A stretch of 64,000 bases of DNA from Tubiluchus corallicola (taxonomy: Eukaryota; Animalia; Priapulida). Under the pieces are notes generated by a model, which was given only the letters and a program-made list of their open reading frames with translations, was not told the DNA's origin and made no database searches. The position numbers were made by a program, and so were the translations under genes. Every line of letters begins with the position of its first letter. Position 1 is the first letter of the stretch. This document shows positions 26,170 through 41,800 of this stretch, in pieces. The stretch spans positions 312,282-376,281 of the forward strand of contig JAQGDQ010000016.1 in assembly GCA_030141605.1 (NCBI GenBank), written 5' to 3'.

Positions 26170-27849
26170 GTGTAACTTTTTTTGAAAGACTATTACGTTG
26201 CGGCTCTGCAAAGTTTACAAAAGAAGCATGATTGTTGGCCGAAAAGCAATGAACCAAGAATCTTATAGACATTGGCGTGGGTCCCTTAATAAATAAAAGC
26301 AAGGTACTGTTTATTATCATATTTCGTATTTCTGCACCGTAATTGTTATTGTTGCTTTGCAGGCGTGACTTCCCGTGTTTAACAAAACTTGCACACTTCC
26401 GCTGTAATAGAAGCGTTTGTTTTTTTCTTAAAATTTCGTTATCGCTGATTTACTTGATAATGGCTTTACGGTTTTTAACAAGCTATTTGAGTTTCCGACA
26501 CGCTCATGTAATAGTTAATGCAGTATCTGCTTTCAGAGAATTTATAATGCAATATTTGTCTTGTCTTCTGCATGGCCATGTGGAAAGAAAGTTTTTCTTT
26601 AGGTGAGGAGAACAATCACTACGGTCGATCAAGGGTAATTTAAAGTGTTCTTGCCAGCTAATAAAAGTCACTGACTAACACTTCCAAATGTGCATCAATG
26701 ATTCACCAAAAAAAACGTATTTTTAATCTTATTGACAAGATACAGTAATTTGCGCTAGTACTTAGTTTGTGAAGTGTGCGCTATGAATGATCTGATTATT
26801 TTTCAAACTTTATGCGATATTATCTAAGCGTTTAGAGCGACCTACCATCAAAATGACTGCACCTAACGGTCAACGCGGGAGCTTAAATTTTCAGTTTTTT
26901 TTACAGCGTTGCTGCTACAACAAGTTTTGCAGGCAATAAATCACTGCGTAGGTGATAATAAAATTCAAGATGAATTTTTTCAGCTTTATGTGTATGTAAA
27001 GAGTTTTCTTGTGCGTCACTTGTGCTTTAAGTAGAGGACTTTCCGCATCTTTGTCGAATCTTCACCGGAGAAAATATTAAGATTGTTTATTATAAAAAAG
27101 ACAACTACCTAAATTGAAGGGTGTTAAATTTTTGATTAATGAACCCCGTTTATGAGACTTACCCATCTAATTTTTTTAACTGAAGTGATTTTATTAGCTT
27201 GTATACATAGCTTCGCTTTTTATTATTGTATTATCTACAGTGCATTCACAACTTTAAGCTCATTGGCGATAAGAATTAAACGCGTATCATTTGTATCAGA
27301 AAACACAGTGGCCCTTCGTTTTTCATACGTATAAATTTGCGAAATGGCACAATAAATTTTTAAACAAATTGGCGACTGTCTTCATCCTTGAGTCAGCAGT
27401 ATCAAAGCTTGCAGGTATGATTCATAATTAATCAAAGTGTTCTTATTGACGATTTGCAGAAACTCCCAAACGACTTTGCCGTGCCACTTTTGTCCCTACT
27501 TTTTCCGATTAATATTTTGTTTCCAGCTTGCACACATGATAAGAAGGCACATTGCTAATAAATTTATGAAGAGCAGTCGAGAGTAGAGACGACCACTTTA
27601 GAAGAATAATCACAAGAGAGTACAGAAGCAAATTTTGAATATAATAAATTTCTCACCATAACACACGAGCGCAGAGATAAAAATTTTCGCACAGTTTTTT
27701 TTCGCGGCTTCAATTCCATGATGCAGTAGCATGGATGCTGCTTCATTCAAACCACATAGATTCATCGAAGTAATATCACAAAAACATTGTTTTGAATAGT
27801 AATCATAGTAATCATTGTGTAGATATTGCTTGTTATATTCAATCTGTGC

Positions 27850-28000
27850 TGTTACTGTTGCTGAAGCCGTCGCCATTGTTCTTGTTGTTGTTGTTCGTGG
27901 TGGTGGTGCTGCTACTGCTGTCGTTGTCGCCGCCGTTATTGTTCATGTTGTTGCTGCTGCTGTTACAGTCGCTGTCGTTGCCATTGTGCCATTTTTGTTG
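27850..28000 (+). repeat. Degenerate (GTT/GCT/GTC)n trinucleotide tract
   Basis: Directly visible; yields spurious V/A/L-rich ORFs. Confidence 0.85.
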
Positions 28001-28853
28001 CTAATATATTTTACTTAAAAACATAAATAAAGGCAATGCAAAATCATCTTTGTTAAAACTCAATGCAAAATTACATTAAAAGAAAATGTGCAGTCTACCT
28101 ATCGTATGTGAGGCAATTATTTCCGCTTCTGATTTGTCAATGCAGGCCTAGTTGTCTTTTCTTTTAACAACGTTGATGGAGACAAATTCCCGATGAAATA
28201 TATAATTAATTGTTCAACGGAAAGGAAGCAACAAAGTTTTGCAAAATACGCGATGAGCAATTTTGCTAACAACAAAGAATACAGCATTCGAGAAAATTTT
28301 CTCATGTGAGAAAGAAAGTTTTTTTACTGTTTATGGTAATTTCTAATTATAATTGATTCATTTTATTTTTCAGTGCAATTGAAGATGCTTTTGTTTTTTA
28401 CGCGACAAGCTTAATAATTTATTACATTTTAATTTCTGTTACAATAGTGTTTGTTAAAGCACTGTGCACTCTGGAACTCTCGCAAGGTACGAATGATAAA
28501 TTCTCTAGGTTTTTTGCAATTGTTTAAACAAGCCAGAAAATGTCTATAGCAAATATTGCGAAGGACTAATTTTAATATCCTTGTCGTCTCTGTATCGATT
28601 CTTTTACGGTTTTCTTCACGCTTTTCTATCAAAAAACGTCCCGTTGAAGATGTTTTTCCGTGAATCTAGAAAATTGGTAGAGCAACATTAAATTTTCAGC
28701 GTTCCCAGCGGGTCCCAGATGTTCACAGTTTTGCTTTTCCATAAGATTTGCATGATTAAAGAGAAGTGTTGAAAACGCTAACCCTTTTGTGCTAACGAAT
28801 GTTTGGCTGTAGTTTTCATATGTCCATATTAGAACGTGTTGTAACATAAATTA

Positions 28854-29030
28854 GGCCGTGTTAGGCAGGAAAATATGGTTTGACGAGAAACAAATTGCAA
28901 CAGAAAATTTCTTATTCAGGTTCAGTTGTAAATGTTCCTAATATATTACCGCATTTGCAACTGAACAAAATAAGAAATTTCGGTTGCAATTTGTTTCAGG
29001 TCAAACCTTATTTTCCTGCCTAACACCTGC
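28854..29030. mobile_element. Hairpin (palindromic) MITE, ~170 bp, possibly Harbinger/Tourist-type
   Basis: Arm gtgttaggcaggaaaatatggtttgacgagaaacaaattgcaacagaaaatttcttattcaggttcagttgtaaatg pairs with catttgcaactgaacaaaataagaaatttcggttgcaatttgtttcaggtcaaaccttattttcctgcctaacac. TTA precedes the left end ggccgtg. Confidence 0.8.
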
Positions 29031-30223
29031 TACTTAAAATCGTTATTTAAACGAGAGGGAATAGCGATTTTCAGGTTGATTATACTTATTGTCAAAATAA
29101 CTCCCGCGAGATTGCGGTGAAACCCTGCTTCGACAGAGTAACCATACCATGCTAGTGTGATTTAACAAGCAGCCATAATTAATGGTTGGTAGGCGTGCCA
29201 GCTCGATTGCCGCCCTTTTGGAAAATTCCCTTAGGAAACTATTACCAGTACTGGAAGCTAAATACTAATAGCAACAAATGACGAATTTAAGCTTTGAAGG
29301 CCTGCTTTGAGCAACAAATGGTTTTGTTTCACAAAACGAGACAAAGTAATTAATTACTTGCACTTTTAATAAAGATTGCTTAATATCATTTTTGCCTCTT
29401 TGTTTTGAAATGACTAGAAAATTGACAATTGCGCCAACTAATATTAAGTGCTTTTTGTAACACTTTCTTAAATAAAAACTAGTTGTAGACACGCCCTTGC
29501 AAAATCTGAAGCCAATTCCTTTAGGAAATTGAAAGGAGGAATCTTCGTCAATTAAAGTGACGATTCCGATTTTGAATCTCGAAAGCATCGTTCTTCGCAT
29601 TGCAAGATTTGATCTCTTCGCTCATTCATTCAAAGAAACGTCAAAATTCATTCACTCAGTTAACCGCATCTGATAACTACGAGATCTTGAATATGGCATT
29701 CCTGCAGGGGTAAAATTTTGTCAATTGGAATTAATGAAAATTCTTTAACGATCGAATACGCAATTTCATAGCCTCTCTATTTTGCAAGATATTGCATATA
29801 GTAAATAATAGATCTTCGTTTTGACAATCTTAATGCAAAGGTTGACTTTACACATGCCAGACACGTTAAATTCAACAAAGGGAAGCCAAATGTGGCAATC
29901 AGTCAATCCATTCACATCCGCTGATCGCCCCTAAAAGTCTTGAAATTTTCCGGCATTATTTGCATAAACGTGTCCAGCTTTCAACTAGGTGACTAGGTCA
30001 CTCAAAGGGTAAAACACGGCTCATCTATGACTTCTGCGCAATTTAAGCTGTTCATGGAAGAAGTGTCTGTTGCAGTATCTTAGGTTTGTTTGAGTTTAGA
30101 AAAAAGAATTGGAAAAAGTAAAATTAAAACGGGGGACAGATTCAAGCCTGCAGCAAGCGTATCAAAAAAAAAGACACGCGTCGCGCTACCTATCTGCTCA
30201 CACAACCAACCTATTCATTAACA

Positions 30224-30330
30224 TCTACCTATCTACTTACTTACCTACCTGCCTACGTACCTAGCTACCTAGCTATCTACCTACCTACCACCTACCTATC
30301 TACCTCTTACCTACCTATTTACCTACCCAC
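30224..30330 (+). repeat. Degenerate (CTAC)n tetranucleotide tract
   Basis: Directly visible. Confidence 0.85.
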
Positions 30331-33300
30331 TTCCCAATCTGTCTACAGGTGTAGTAATGTTTAACTGCCTATCAATCTGACATGGAAATAAAGACACGTT
30401 GCCTATTGGACAATGCAGTTTGGACATAGGTAATTTCTGAGCAGAGGCCTTGACACGCTGACGTTTGGACACAAGCAGATGTGAGAATGTTTATGTACAC
30501 ATGTATTTTTATTGCTTACAGTGATCATTTTGGTGAATTCTTTAACATGTGGAGTAACTAAAAAGTTGTATGCAATTATTGGTTGCCAACAAGATTAATA
30601 AGCTGTTCTGCTCCACTCTACCTTATTCTGCACTGTTATGTTTTGATATCTTTTGTTTTTGTTTTGTTTTGTCACACTTTACGTATGCCACACACGTTAA
30701 ATTCAACAATCATTTTATTGTTATTATTATTACAATTCTTTATTTAAAAACTACAATACAATGTACAATATAAATTCCGTCAAATATAACTTACAGTGAC
30801 TGACTGTTACATGTTCTGTAGCGCTTGTCCTGGCTAATGGCACTGTCCAGTGTTCTACAGCCTAAAAGTCTACTGTCTAAACGAGGCTACACACAAATGC
30901 GCTGCCCAAGTGACGCTATACTAGAACCGAACCAATGACCCTTGCATTTTAGTTCCTGATTCAAAGCCACACTCCTGTCTAACGTTTTGCATTTCTTTCT
31001 TCTTTCTGTTTACTTACATTTTAAAAACTGTGTATTCTCCCATCAGTATGATAAGAAGTATCGAGCTACAACTGAAAATTTTGACAAACAGTAATTCTCA
31101 TAAATGAACTTGATTATGGTGTTCATGATAATGATGTTGGTAGTGATGATGATACTGATGATGATGATACTGATTTGATGATCATGATAATGGTGATGAT
31201 GATGATTATTTTTATGCAGACAGCTACATCGAGTCCAACTTCTGCACATACAACAAAGAATCCTGAAATAAAATTACAATAATCGAACAGACTAAGAGCA
31301 TTGAAGTTTAATTAAGTAAATTTCATTACATTCAAGTTGATAAACATTTGTGTGGTGGTCATAGTTAGTCAGGTTGCTTCACTGTCGCTCATCGAAAGAT
31401 CATTTTTCTTTTGTTATTTCTATCCCACGTAGCTCTTCGATTGTCTATTTATCTGTGTGGAAAAATTGTGGCTTCCAAGCAAATAGGCAATTTGTAGCAA
31501 ATTAAAATCGATGGCGTTGGTGGAGATAAGTCGGCGATTTTGTTTTTGACATTAACCCACTAGATTGACAAATCATCACAAAAATCTAAATTCAGAAAGA
31601 CTTGATTCTATCATGAAATAGAATATTGTTATTATTCTGCGATAATCTAATCTGGAAGCGTAATAATGAATGGAATGCTTTCTTAGCTACAAATAAACCC
31701 GATAATCAAATAAAATTTATTTATATTCATGAAAGCGTATAGGAGAACTGAAAAGTTCGATTGCTGTCACAAGTCCACGTGAGCGAAATAAATGAGAAAA
31801 ACTGAAGAATTTTGTTCTCCATTGGGAGTTGAATCCAAATGTATAGTCATCCGTATTATCTGCGAAATTCTGACCATTTTCTGAACTTTAATATTTGCAT
31901 GTGGGTACACGTGAGTCAATTTTTGACTACTTAGGGATAGCTAAGTAATTGATTTAATAGTAGTGTTATTTCTACTATGACACTGTTGTGTCTGCAGTAT
32001 CGTAGTCAGAAACTAGAGTTTAATTCAAATTATATAACTACCTAAATCAGCAAACTGCCAATTCAGTCAATTAGTAATTCAAATACTAATTATGCCAAAT
32101 TACTTGATTCAGCTTGGAAAGTTACTTTTCTATAGTTAATATTTTGCATTCCTTGCAGATTACGTGATTTATGCTAGCGACACGTTTCTAATTTAAACGT
32201 TTGGTGCGGCTAAAATTACACGATGTCCTTTCCTTTCACAGCAACAACACTGTATTAACTACTAATTATTGTGAATGAAGCGTATATGGGTTTTTGCAAA
32301 ACAGAAGCAGCAGATTTATAACTTTTTGGATTTGTCTTGATTTATGTTCTTCGTTAGCCTTTCGTTTGCTTTAGTATTCATCTACGTTTAAGTTCTCATG
32401 AAGACGCATGAATGGTATCACCGGGACGTATCAATTCTAATTTGCAGTTAATCTCGCTGTTAGCTGTTAGAGTAGCATGACCTGACTTCAATATTAATTT
32501 TTTCGAAGATCCTCTAGTGTTTATAGAATGTGGCTGTATTGACGATGTGCGCTGTCATCGTTTATGTGCGGCTTGAAGCAAAAATGGCAAGTGTGTTAAG
32601 GTATTAACCTCTTCATCCAACAAAGTCATACAACAAAAATTACAAGAGTGTGACACGCTATGAATTTTTGTTATACAACTTTTGTAGCCAAGTTTTGTCC
32701 TTCAACATAAGCCGTAAAAGTGCTATATGTATGCAGTGTATGTGTGTGCATGCCGTTCTTGTACGAGTTTCTGTAATTATGTTTTGTATAAACTCTTCTG
32801 TTATTTGTTTGTATATGCGGTTTCCGGTGCTATAATTCCAATGACGGCACCATCTTCGGCGATGTGCATATCAAACGAAAGGTATCAGTCTCGCGTAGTC
32901 ACATTGATGGTTTATCTTTTTAATTGGGGCCACCCGGAGGACCAGGGGGTCAAAAGCCTCCAAACTATATTGAATACTCGTGCATTAATGATCATCAGTG
33001 GATGGGTGTAAGACCGTTTGTAATTTAATACAGTCTAGATGACTATTCACAAAATGTTTTTGCAGCGTCTCACTGGGCTGTTTTGTTGTTGTTGTTGTTG
33101 TTATTGTTGTTGTTGCTCCATCGGCAGTTGTGGTGACAGCGTGGTTGGGTGATGTCCATGGTGTGATGATATATAATATATTTAATCAAAGCCAACAGGA
33201 GGAGCGACGGGTTAAAAGACTTTTTTGCGAGTTATTTTTAATATATGCTTTATTTTGAGAGAACTGGAACGTACCCTCGGCTATGCCACAAATGGTAGGA

Positions 33301-33739
33301 CGGTCCGTTCAACGATGGGTGCAGTAGTGCTACTTAGATTTCGCAGCATGTCCAAGGCTACGTTCTAGCGGTGCGTTGTACACGGCTTGGAGGGAGATTT
33401 ATAGTTCTACGGAAAGAGCAGGCGCTGGGCTATACGACAATGTGGGTTTCTTTTATATGCATCTCTATCATAGCCCGCAAGAACGGGTTAATTCCAGTTT
33501 AGATAATGCTAGCACTGAAGGCCGAATCCTATTGTTGTGTTGTCATCGCCTTGTATTCTGCATGCTACAGTAGGACTTGCTTATTTTATTAAGCTGCTGC
33601 TGGGTGTTATAATGTAAAGTCTATTATCACCATTAAATGAACAGTTTGCAAAGATCATCTTTGGATATGCCTAAACGTGTTTGTAATTGCACGAAATGTT
33701 AGACTACAATCCAATAACGTTTTGCATGGATGCCCTAGG

Positions 33740-33925
33740 CTGTTGTATTTGTTGTTGTTGCTTTTGCTGTTGCTATCGTCATCGTCTTTGCCGCTATTGT
33801 TGTCAACATCAATGGTAGTGGTGGTGGCGGGTGGCGTGGTGTCGTGTTATTGGTGGCGCGGCAGGTGTGGTGTGGTATGGTGTGGTGTGGTGTTACATAG
33901 TGTGAATGTGTGGGTGATGTGGTAC
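33740..33925 (+). repeat. Compound GTT/GTG/(GGTGT)n simple repeat
   Basis: Directly visible. Confidence 0.85.
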
Positions 33926-36900
33926 GGTAGTCTGGCATGGCTTGTCGTTGTGGATTTATGCACAATTTTTTTGCGGAATTTGGCTGGTGTAGATTATTTC
34001 TTATAGGCAGTTTGTGAATGCAGCTGCTTTCCCCAGTTCGGGAAACGTCGTTTTTGTAGGTGAAATTCGCGATTTTCTTTCCCTAGCACGTTTTTTGATT
34101 TAAGGATTGCACATAGTTTAAGCAATTTAGCAAACATTGCATTTGAACAAAAAGTTGCTCGAAATTTTGTAGCATCTGCAGCGTTTTGCTGATGTTGCTT
34201 GTTTTTAGTTGCGTTGATCTTGTTGCTATGGCTTAACACTTTGGAAACAAATAAATTTTAGGCGATTCGAGGTGGATATTTACATAACAAACGAACAAGA
34301 ATTATTAAGGGTAGCACTTTCTTGTAACGGATGATACTACGCGTTTTGTTTAATGGCACTGTGTACCTTCTAGGTTCGACTGGCTTCACGGCCTGTTTTT
34401 TCAAAGTAATGTAGATTAGGCGGCCAGGCTTGCAACTGTATCACATTTCTACTTGATGTGGACTTGCATTTTGGGCGACATAAAGCTTGAACTTTTATGG
34501 AGATTCCTTCGAAAGCAGCGACGATAAAGCCAGGCAGCCTGTAACGTCCTTAGGACCTCAATGCTCACTGAAATGGCAGTAGGGGCACATGAAATTGGGC
34601 AACAGCGAGGCGCTAACCAACAGCAATCAGGTCTGGATAACCATTGTCTTCTTCACTGTGCTTGGGCGATTTAGGTGATTAGGGTTTAGGGATATTTCAT
34701 AAACCATAACGATAGAATCTTAAAATTTTATGTATCAATATACATACCGTAAACGAAGAAATTTTACGATTCAGTCATAGTGGTTTATGCGTACCAAAAT
34801 AAGCATAGGAAATGCCTCACAAATTGCTTTCGAAACAATACGAAAATAGAGAATCGTTCACCCCCAAAACATCACTGAAGAAGATAGTGGGCTTTACGAG
34901 TCCTGAGGCTTCAGTTTCGTAGTCGGCCTACATTCTACAGGTGACTCACAAATTTAGCCGTTTAAATCGATAGTTTGTAATCTAAAACGTAAAAAATTCA
35001 CAATCATTAAAAAATCAATCCTTTTAGCGCTTTGTCAGTTGTGGGTAATGCAACGGTAAGTCTTTTATCTCTGCGGCTTTCATTAGCGGAACTTATCAAG
35101 CCTTCTTTATAACCCCTGCATATAAAAGACATGTTATTCTAATGCAAAGTGAGCTAATTATAGAATTTAGCTTAAAGGCAGCAATTAAATCATTCGAAGC
35201 GCTTTGACATTCGTTTGAGACGGCAGCACTCTTGCGTGAGTCCTGCAGTAATTAGTGAAAATCTGTGTGGAGTGCAGTATTACTCCGTGGATAAAAGTGA
35301 TGCTCATTTACTTGGGTAATCACATGAAAAAAAGAGGAAGCTGATAACTAAAAAGGCGATTTCAGCAAAATTTGATAATGATATTAATTAACCTACAAAT
35401 GTTGGAAAACAAGCGCCTATGGCAAGCCTATGATTTTGATTGGACGGTAAAAACTGTCAGTACGAAGAAATTTCATTTTTAATCCGTGAGTAGCGCATAC
35501 TACCCATTTTGCTGATTTCATCATGGTTATTCTGTTAATCACGCTCTCTTAGGCATCTACAATGATCCACATTTGATTAACGTTAGCTCGTACACGCAAA
35601 AGGCCAGGGTCCCAAAACGTAGACACTGGGGCAATGGTATTGTTCAAGGGTCCAGTATAAGAGCTAAAATGTGAAAATTAGGCAAACTGCTCAGGCACAC
35701 ATGAGTAAACCACTAAGAACCAGGCCAAGTCGTGATAATTAGTCATGTGTGGTCTGCACACTGGTCAGTCACACATGATTAAACCCTTTGAACCAGGCAC
35801 AGTCAAGTAATAAACACGCTCGTACTCGCGGATTGGAATATGGATTTATTCAGTCTTGTTAATGATATGATTTTAAGTTGAAGTGTACAGATAGCAATGG
35901 TATATAAACCAGATGGTAGTCCTAGATGCATGCCGTGTGTTTCGACTTCTGGATCTATTACAACCTCTTAGCATAGCACTTAAATATGCGCCCAATATAA
36001 TGTTGATAAACATTAATCAGGTTATGAGGTCAGTTGAGTGACGTTGGAGCTAACTGGCTGAGTTTATCCAGGGAAAGTTTCCCTCGGATAAAGCAAACCA
36101 GCTTCACCAATGTGAAAGGCGATCTGAAAACACGTATCCAAGCGAAGCCAATAAGCTGTTGCAGGGTCAAAATATTTTAGGTGTAGAGAATTAGAACGCG
36201 AGAGAAAGTTACGGAAGCTCACGTGGCGGCAAGATATCCATCGACTTGTTCGCAGTCGAAGCACACCGGTTTCCGGTTCCGTTTTCTAGCTATTTGCTGT
36301 TTGCCGCGTAGAGTAACCGATAAATCGGTATGCAAATATGTGGAATTCTGGATTCTCCAAGCTAGTGGCGCAGAATGCTTGATTTTAAAGACGTCAAATA
36401 ATACAATATGCAACAAAGGATAATAGAATTAATATAGTGAACGGTTGGGGGTAAATTGATAGGTAAAAAGTTAAGTAGGTAAGTAAGTAAGTAAGTAAGT
36501 AAGATGAGATTTAAACAAGAAAACACAAAGGATAATAGAATTAATATAGTGAAAGGTTGGGGTAAGTTTCTCACTCACACACATTCGCTAAAAAAGCTTT
36601 ACTTTACGTTTACTTTTTAAAATTGTTTGATTTAAAACAGTGTTAGATTTTCTTTTGTCTCAGAAAATTAATTTACACTATATACCTACCTGTTTTCAAC
36701 GTTTCTCAGTTTTCTTGCTACAATATCGATAAAAAACAGCAACTCACCAGAACAAGCACGTGTAAAAGCTTTCTCAAAAGCTTTTATAACCATCACTTCT
36801 ACTATGTTTACTCTGAAGTGGCTTTGTAGTCCAAGAAATCAGTGCAGCCACAGCTTAGGACACCACTAGACGTTCATGCTCACTGCTTCTCCGTAAGTTA

Positions 36901-37143
36901 TTTTTTAGAAAGGCTCTTTTTGTAATACAGATAATACAAGGGCATACAAAATACGTATAATTATATAAGTACATTATGCCCTTGCATGACAATGGTACAA
37001 ACCCGTAATTAATTGAATTTTAAAACCAAACTTGAACACCACAACCGCTAGACTACCTTGTGCCCCAATCCAAAGTTCGTTCTTTATAAGATACAGTATT
37101 GGAAATACTGAACGGGTTGGTCAACTTTAAGGGATGGTATTTA

Positions 37144-37233
37144 GATTATCATGATAGTCTACTGGTTATATCGCCTTCAGGGTAGCGTAAAGTCGGTTTA
37201 AATCCAGGCTGTATCAGGCTTTCACATTTCCTG
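37144..37233 (+). mobile_element. tRNA-derived SINE-like repeat, family B (degenerate)
   Basis: gattatcatgatag...ggtttaaatccaggctgtatc...ttcacatttcctg aligns with 52186-52270. Contains a B-box-like GGTTxAAATCC. Confidence 0.5.
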
Positions 37234-38569
37234 TTTGGTTTGAAAATTCATTTAATTGTGGACTTGTACTACCATTAATAATAATCTTGATATTAAAATT
37301 ATAAAAAAAACATATGCACAATATAAGGACCCATGTTGGTACTGATTTTTCAAAACTGCTGATATATTTTTGGTTTTTGATCTCACATTTTCGTCGAAAG
37401 CGTTAAAATTCGTTAGCATTACTGCTAAGTGAACCTGGTAGACCATATAACCGGCAACTGCAAAATAATACCCACAATCCGGATTTTATTGGAACGAAAT
37501 CGCCTTTGATCCAACGCAATTTGACGAGTAGCCGGAAGAGTCCGAGTGTGCCGTGAATTCTTCGTCTTTTCTAAGATAATTAATGCCTGATTTAGATGTA
37601 GTACATTCTGCCCAAACCAATGAGTTAAGCTGTTCAGGCTAAAAGTTGGTCAATTTTTTTGTATGGACTTTTGGCTACATTTAAAATGCCTCCATTAAAC
37701 CAATGCTAATATTTCCACATCATAAATTCTTGGTCTTTTTGAGATAATCTGGTAAGACACATTACATTTGTAGTAGAAACCCAGTATGGAATAACTTAGT
37801 AAGTGTTATTAAGCAGTGCAGGGAAAAAGTTAGTCGATTCTTTTTGAAACTGACTTTTGGTTATGCTTAAGTTGCCAAGCATTAATAATATGTTAACGCA
37901 TGCATGAATACTAATACTAAATTACAAAGTCGGAGTAGACCAAATTCTGGCCTACCTTAACTGGGACTCAAATCCAAAACCTTCGGCAGCTATGCTAACC
38001 ATTATCCATAAATTTATACCATAACTGAGCCTTCATTATGATTCATGCGAAAATACTACAAAACTTCATTAAATTTCATTGCTAGACCCAGACAGCTTAT
38101 ACATAGGAATAGCCTTGTATGTAAATATAACAACAGTCAAAAATATACAAACAAACATGTGCTGTGGCTTGCTACTCTCGAAAAACATGTAAAAAAGAGT
38201 TTTTAACTGGAACTTTTATAGTTGTTTCATCGCGACGTATTCAGTCATACTACCATTAAATTTTTCTAACGTTTTCTGTCTATTTAGTTTTTGATCTATG
38301 AATGCAATAACGCTTTTGTAAACTGATGATCTGGCTATGGGTTTAGGTTCAATGTTAGTAAGCTAATCACAAGAACATAATTTTTGTTTGCTGACAGAGC
38401 GTTCACTGAAACATCTAACTGCAGAACCTATGAACCGACTTGGTAATCATCAGGACAAATTTTATAATAAAACTTGAACTGTGAAGGTAGGTAAGTAGGT
38501 GGGTGGGTGGTTGTGTGTTTGGGCGGGTGGGCGGTCAAGCAAACAGGCAGGCAGGCAGATAGGCGGACA

Positions 38570-38825
<256 letters not shown>

Positions 38826-41800
38826 ATAATTTATTTCAAGATGCTATTTAAACAAGAAAACACGAGTCATATGACTCCTTGCTGTTGAGAAACAGTACGT
38901 GGAACAGTAAAATAATAAAATTTGTCAACTGTTACAACATTCGTTTAATACCCGCATAACAGAACAATTCTTTCTAACCGAACAATTATGTCTGCCTGTT
39001 TTGTGGCTTAAAAAGTAACAAAATTAATCAGTGGAGAAAGGTAGAAAAATGTGATGGAGAAGTGTTATGTTTTACGCGCGGCATTTAAATTCTTGATCGT
39101 TTTTCATAGTTCACTTGGGTTTAATCACCAGCACCTCTTCTACGTGATGCACAGCAAAACGAAAATTAAATTCTACTCATGGTACAAATTATGTTAAGTT
39201 GTGTAATGTATGTGGTGTATGCTTGTGTGCACCGTGCAGGCTTCAAAATGGTTTGATCAAGGCACGTATGCGTGTAGAATGCAGTACTCACAATGGATGG
39301 CCTTCACATTTAGAAACTTACTTAATTTGGGGGATCTTCCAGAGTGCGTCAGTTATCCAAAGTTCGTAAAGAAATCTCTCCTGACTGTTGTACCTAACAA
39401 TATCTAGAGAGATCCTTAAAGGAACGCATCATTTCTTTATTCTGTATCTACACTGGCAAACTGTGACGAAGAGGTTACTTAAATGAGTCGCGCAGTGGCC
39501 ACGATGGAAAACTTCTGAAGTTTAATTTCATTACAGTTCATACGATCCTTATTACATGTGTTGGTTGTAATTTTTCAGATTTATCACCAAATTAAACAAA
39601 ACCGTTTAGGCAAACCAATTAAGAGAAATGTTAAAATAATGCAAAAGGAGCTCGTAAATTTGAAAATTTTGACAATATTTGCTTGCAAGACTTGCAGTTT
39701 CTGAGATGTTAATATAAGATAGGAGCAAATTAGCATACAATAAGTTTTTCTCTTATCTTTTTATCAATACGATATTCCTGAAACTGCGCTAATATATTAA
39801 ATTGGTAATTCAGCCCGTATAATACAAGATTATGTCACTCACTGATGTGAGGTGTTGTTCAGGCCTTAGCTGTTGAGCAAAAACTTGATGACTCGCGGCT
39901 GAAATGATTTTTAGTTTACTTAACATTTTCACTGTTGCCCTTTGTTTTACTGCTAGTGGTTCTCAGTGAGCGCATTGACTTCGATATCTCTAGCGCAAAG
40001 ACTGAGGAAGCTAGCTATGATAGATTATTTGACAATAGAGCTTGAAACTGCATTCTTCAGGCATATACGATTAGGGAAGATCATTTGACGGTTTTAGTCA
40101 CGTTAAGCAACCCTACTGAGTGGTTTTCTAATTAATTTTCTTTGCGCTTTCCACAAATAGGCTAAAATTAATGCCTTAAGCCCTATTTTTCCTGGAAATG
40201 AAAGGAACTTAACCAGGCTACTTATCTGTAGACCCGCTCCTGAAACTAATACTGTGTTTCTTAATCAAGGCTTAAGATGAGCTTTATGTGCTTAACATTG
40301 GTCTTGTTATTTCTGTTCGTTGGCAGGAAATTGCCTCCCTCAATTACATATAATAAAGGGCAGATTAAGGCTTCCTCTCTCTCTCTCTCTCACCCATTCT
40401 CTTGAAGCTGATTCTCTACGTCAAGAGGTTGCTTCAGTAAAATTTAGTATCACAATTTGGTTACCACGTGGTAGACCGTAACAACAGGAACGCCAGACGC
40501 ATGCCAGACAATTTCCGATACAGTCAATCCGCTGAATGGAGAAACTAACAAAAAGATCAAGCATCGTTGTGATCAAAAAGGATAGCAACGCACTACTTAT
40601 AATCGTTTCTGCAATAATCATTTTCGACACAGTAACCAGTTAATGTTATTGAATATTGCCCAAAACTATTAACATTGTAGTTGCAGAAATCAATTATGGG
40701 TCTAGGGCTGTTTTGTTACACTGTATGTGTAGCAAAATACAAAATAAACCAAATTACTGTTTCAACCAAACAGCTGTTATTTCATGATAAATATCAAGGT
40801 AACAAGTGAAGTAATTCGTGTAAATGAAGCTCGTACTGGGATTTAACACACACGACCTTTGCTTCTCTTAGGGAAGGTGAGTCTGTCATCACTAATATTA
40901 TTTCTCATAATGCCATTTGTGATTGCCCGTAATGTGCGTTTTGGGTACGTACTACTGGTGTGTTTTATTACTATTACATCAAAGTAGTTAATGTTAAGCT
41001 TAGCAGATGTTGTAAGTGCAATGTAATCGTGTGAGAGCAATCTTAAAAAGCTTGAGAAGCTTAAAGATGAAAACTTCGTGAAAACAGTTTGAAGAGTGAT
41101 GTAATGAAGTGCTGTAGTGATTTATCATTATTTCACTTTTGTATTCAGAAAATGCATGCTCACCGTAAGAAACCCGAAGGTTTTACGAAAAATGTAAATT
41201 TTATTTTCCACTTGTAGGCCTACTCAAACTTTGTTAAGTGGTGATAATTCTTTGCTGTAGGTACGCCTTTACTGGTACAAACCAGAGCTCACTAAACAAG
41301 GAGGCGATGTCTTTGAAAAATAATAAATTTATTGCAAATTAGGTCAGATTTCAACATAAATGATTGTCCGATTTCAATATAAATGATACAGTAATAAGTG
41401 TTTTGGGTACAAAATGTTGCACTGGAACTAAACTGCGAAAATCGATGGATCACTTCGTTTCCCTTAGTTGTGTAAAACAAAAGAACAGCTTATGTTGTGA
41501 ATATTTTAACTGTAAACATACGAAGATTCGATTGAGGACAAATATGAATTACCTGTTAACAAAGGTGACAGCGTTGATTAGGCGTGTCATGTCTGTTTTA
41601 AAATAAGTTAAATAATCATAGGATTAATATTGCAATGTCTTGCAAGCAATTTGGAATGTCAACATAATAATAACAAATCTTTAAGAAGACAAAACATGAA
41701 GTTTAAAACCACAAAAAACTGCTCTTTAATTAGCCTTTTACATATGCATGGTATGGAGCTTCATGCAGTGACATTTAAAAAATGCCTTGCAATATATTAT

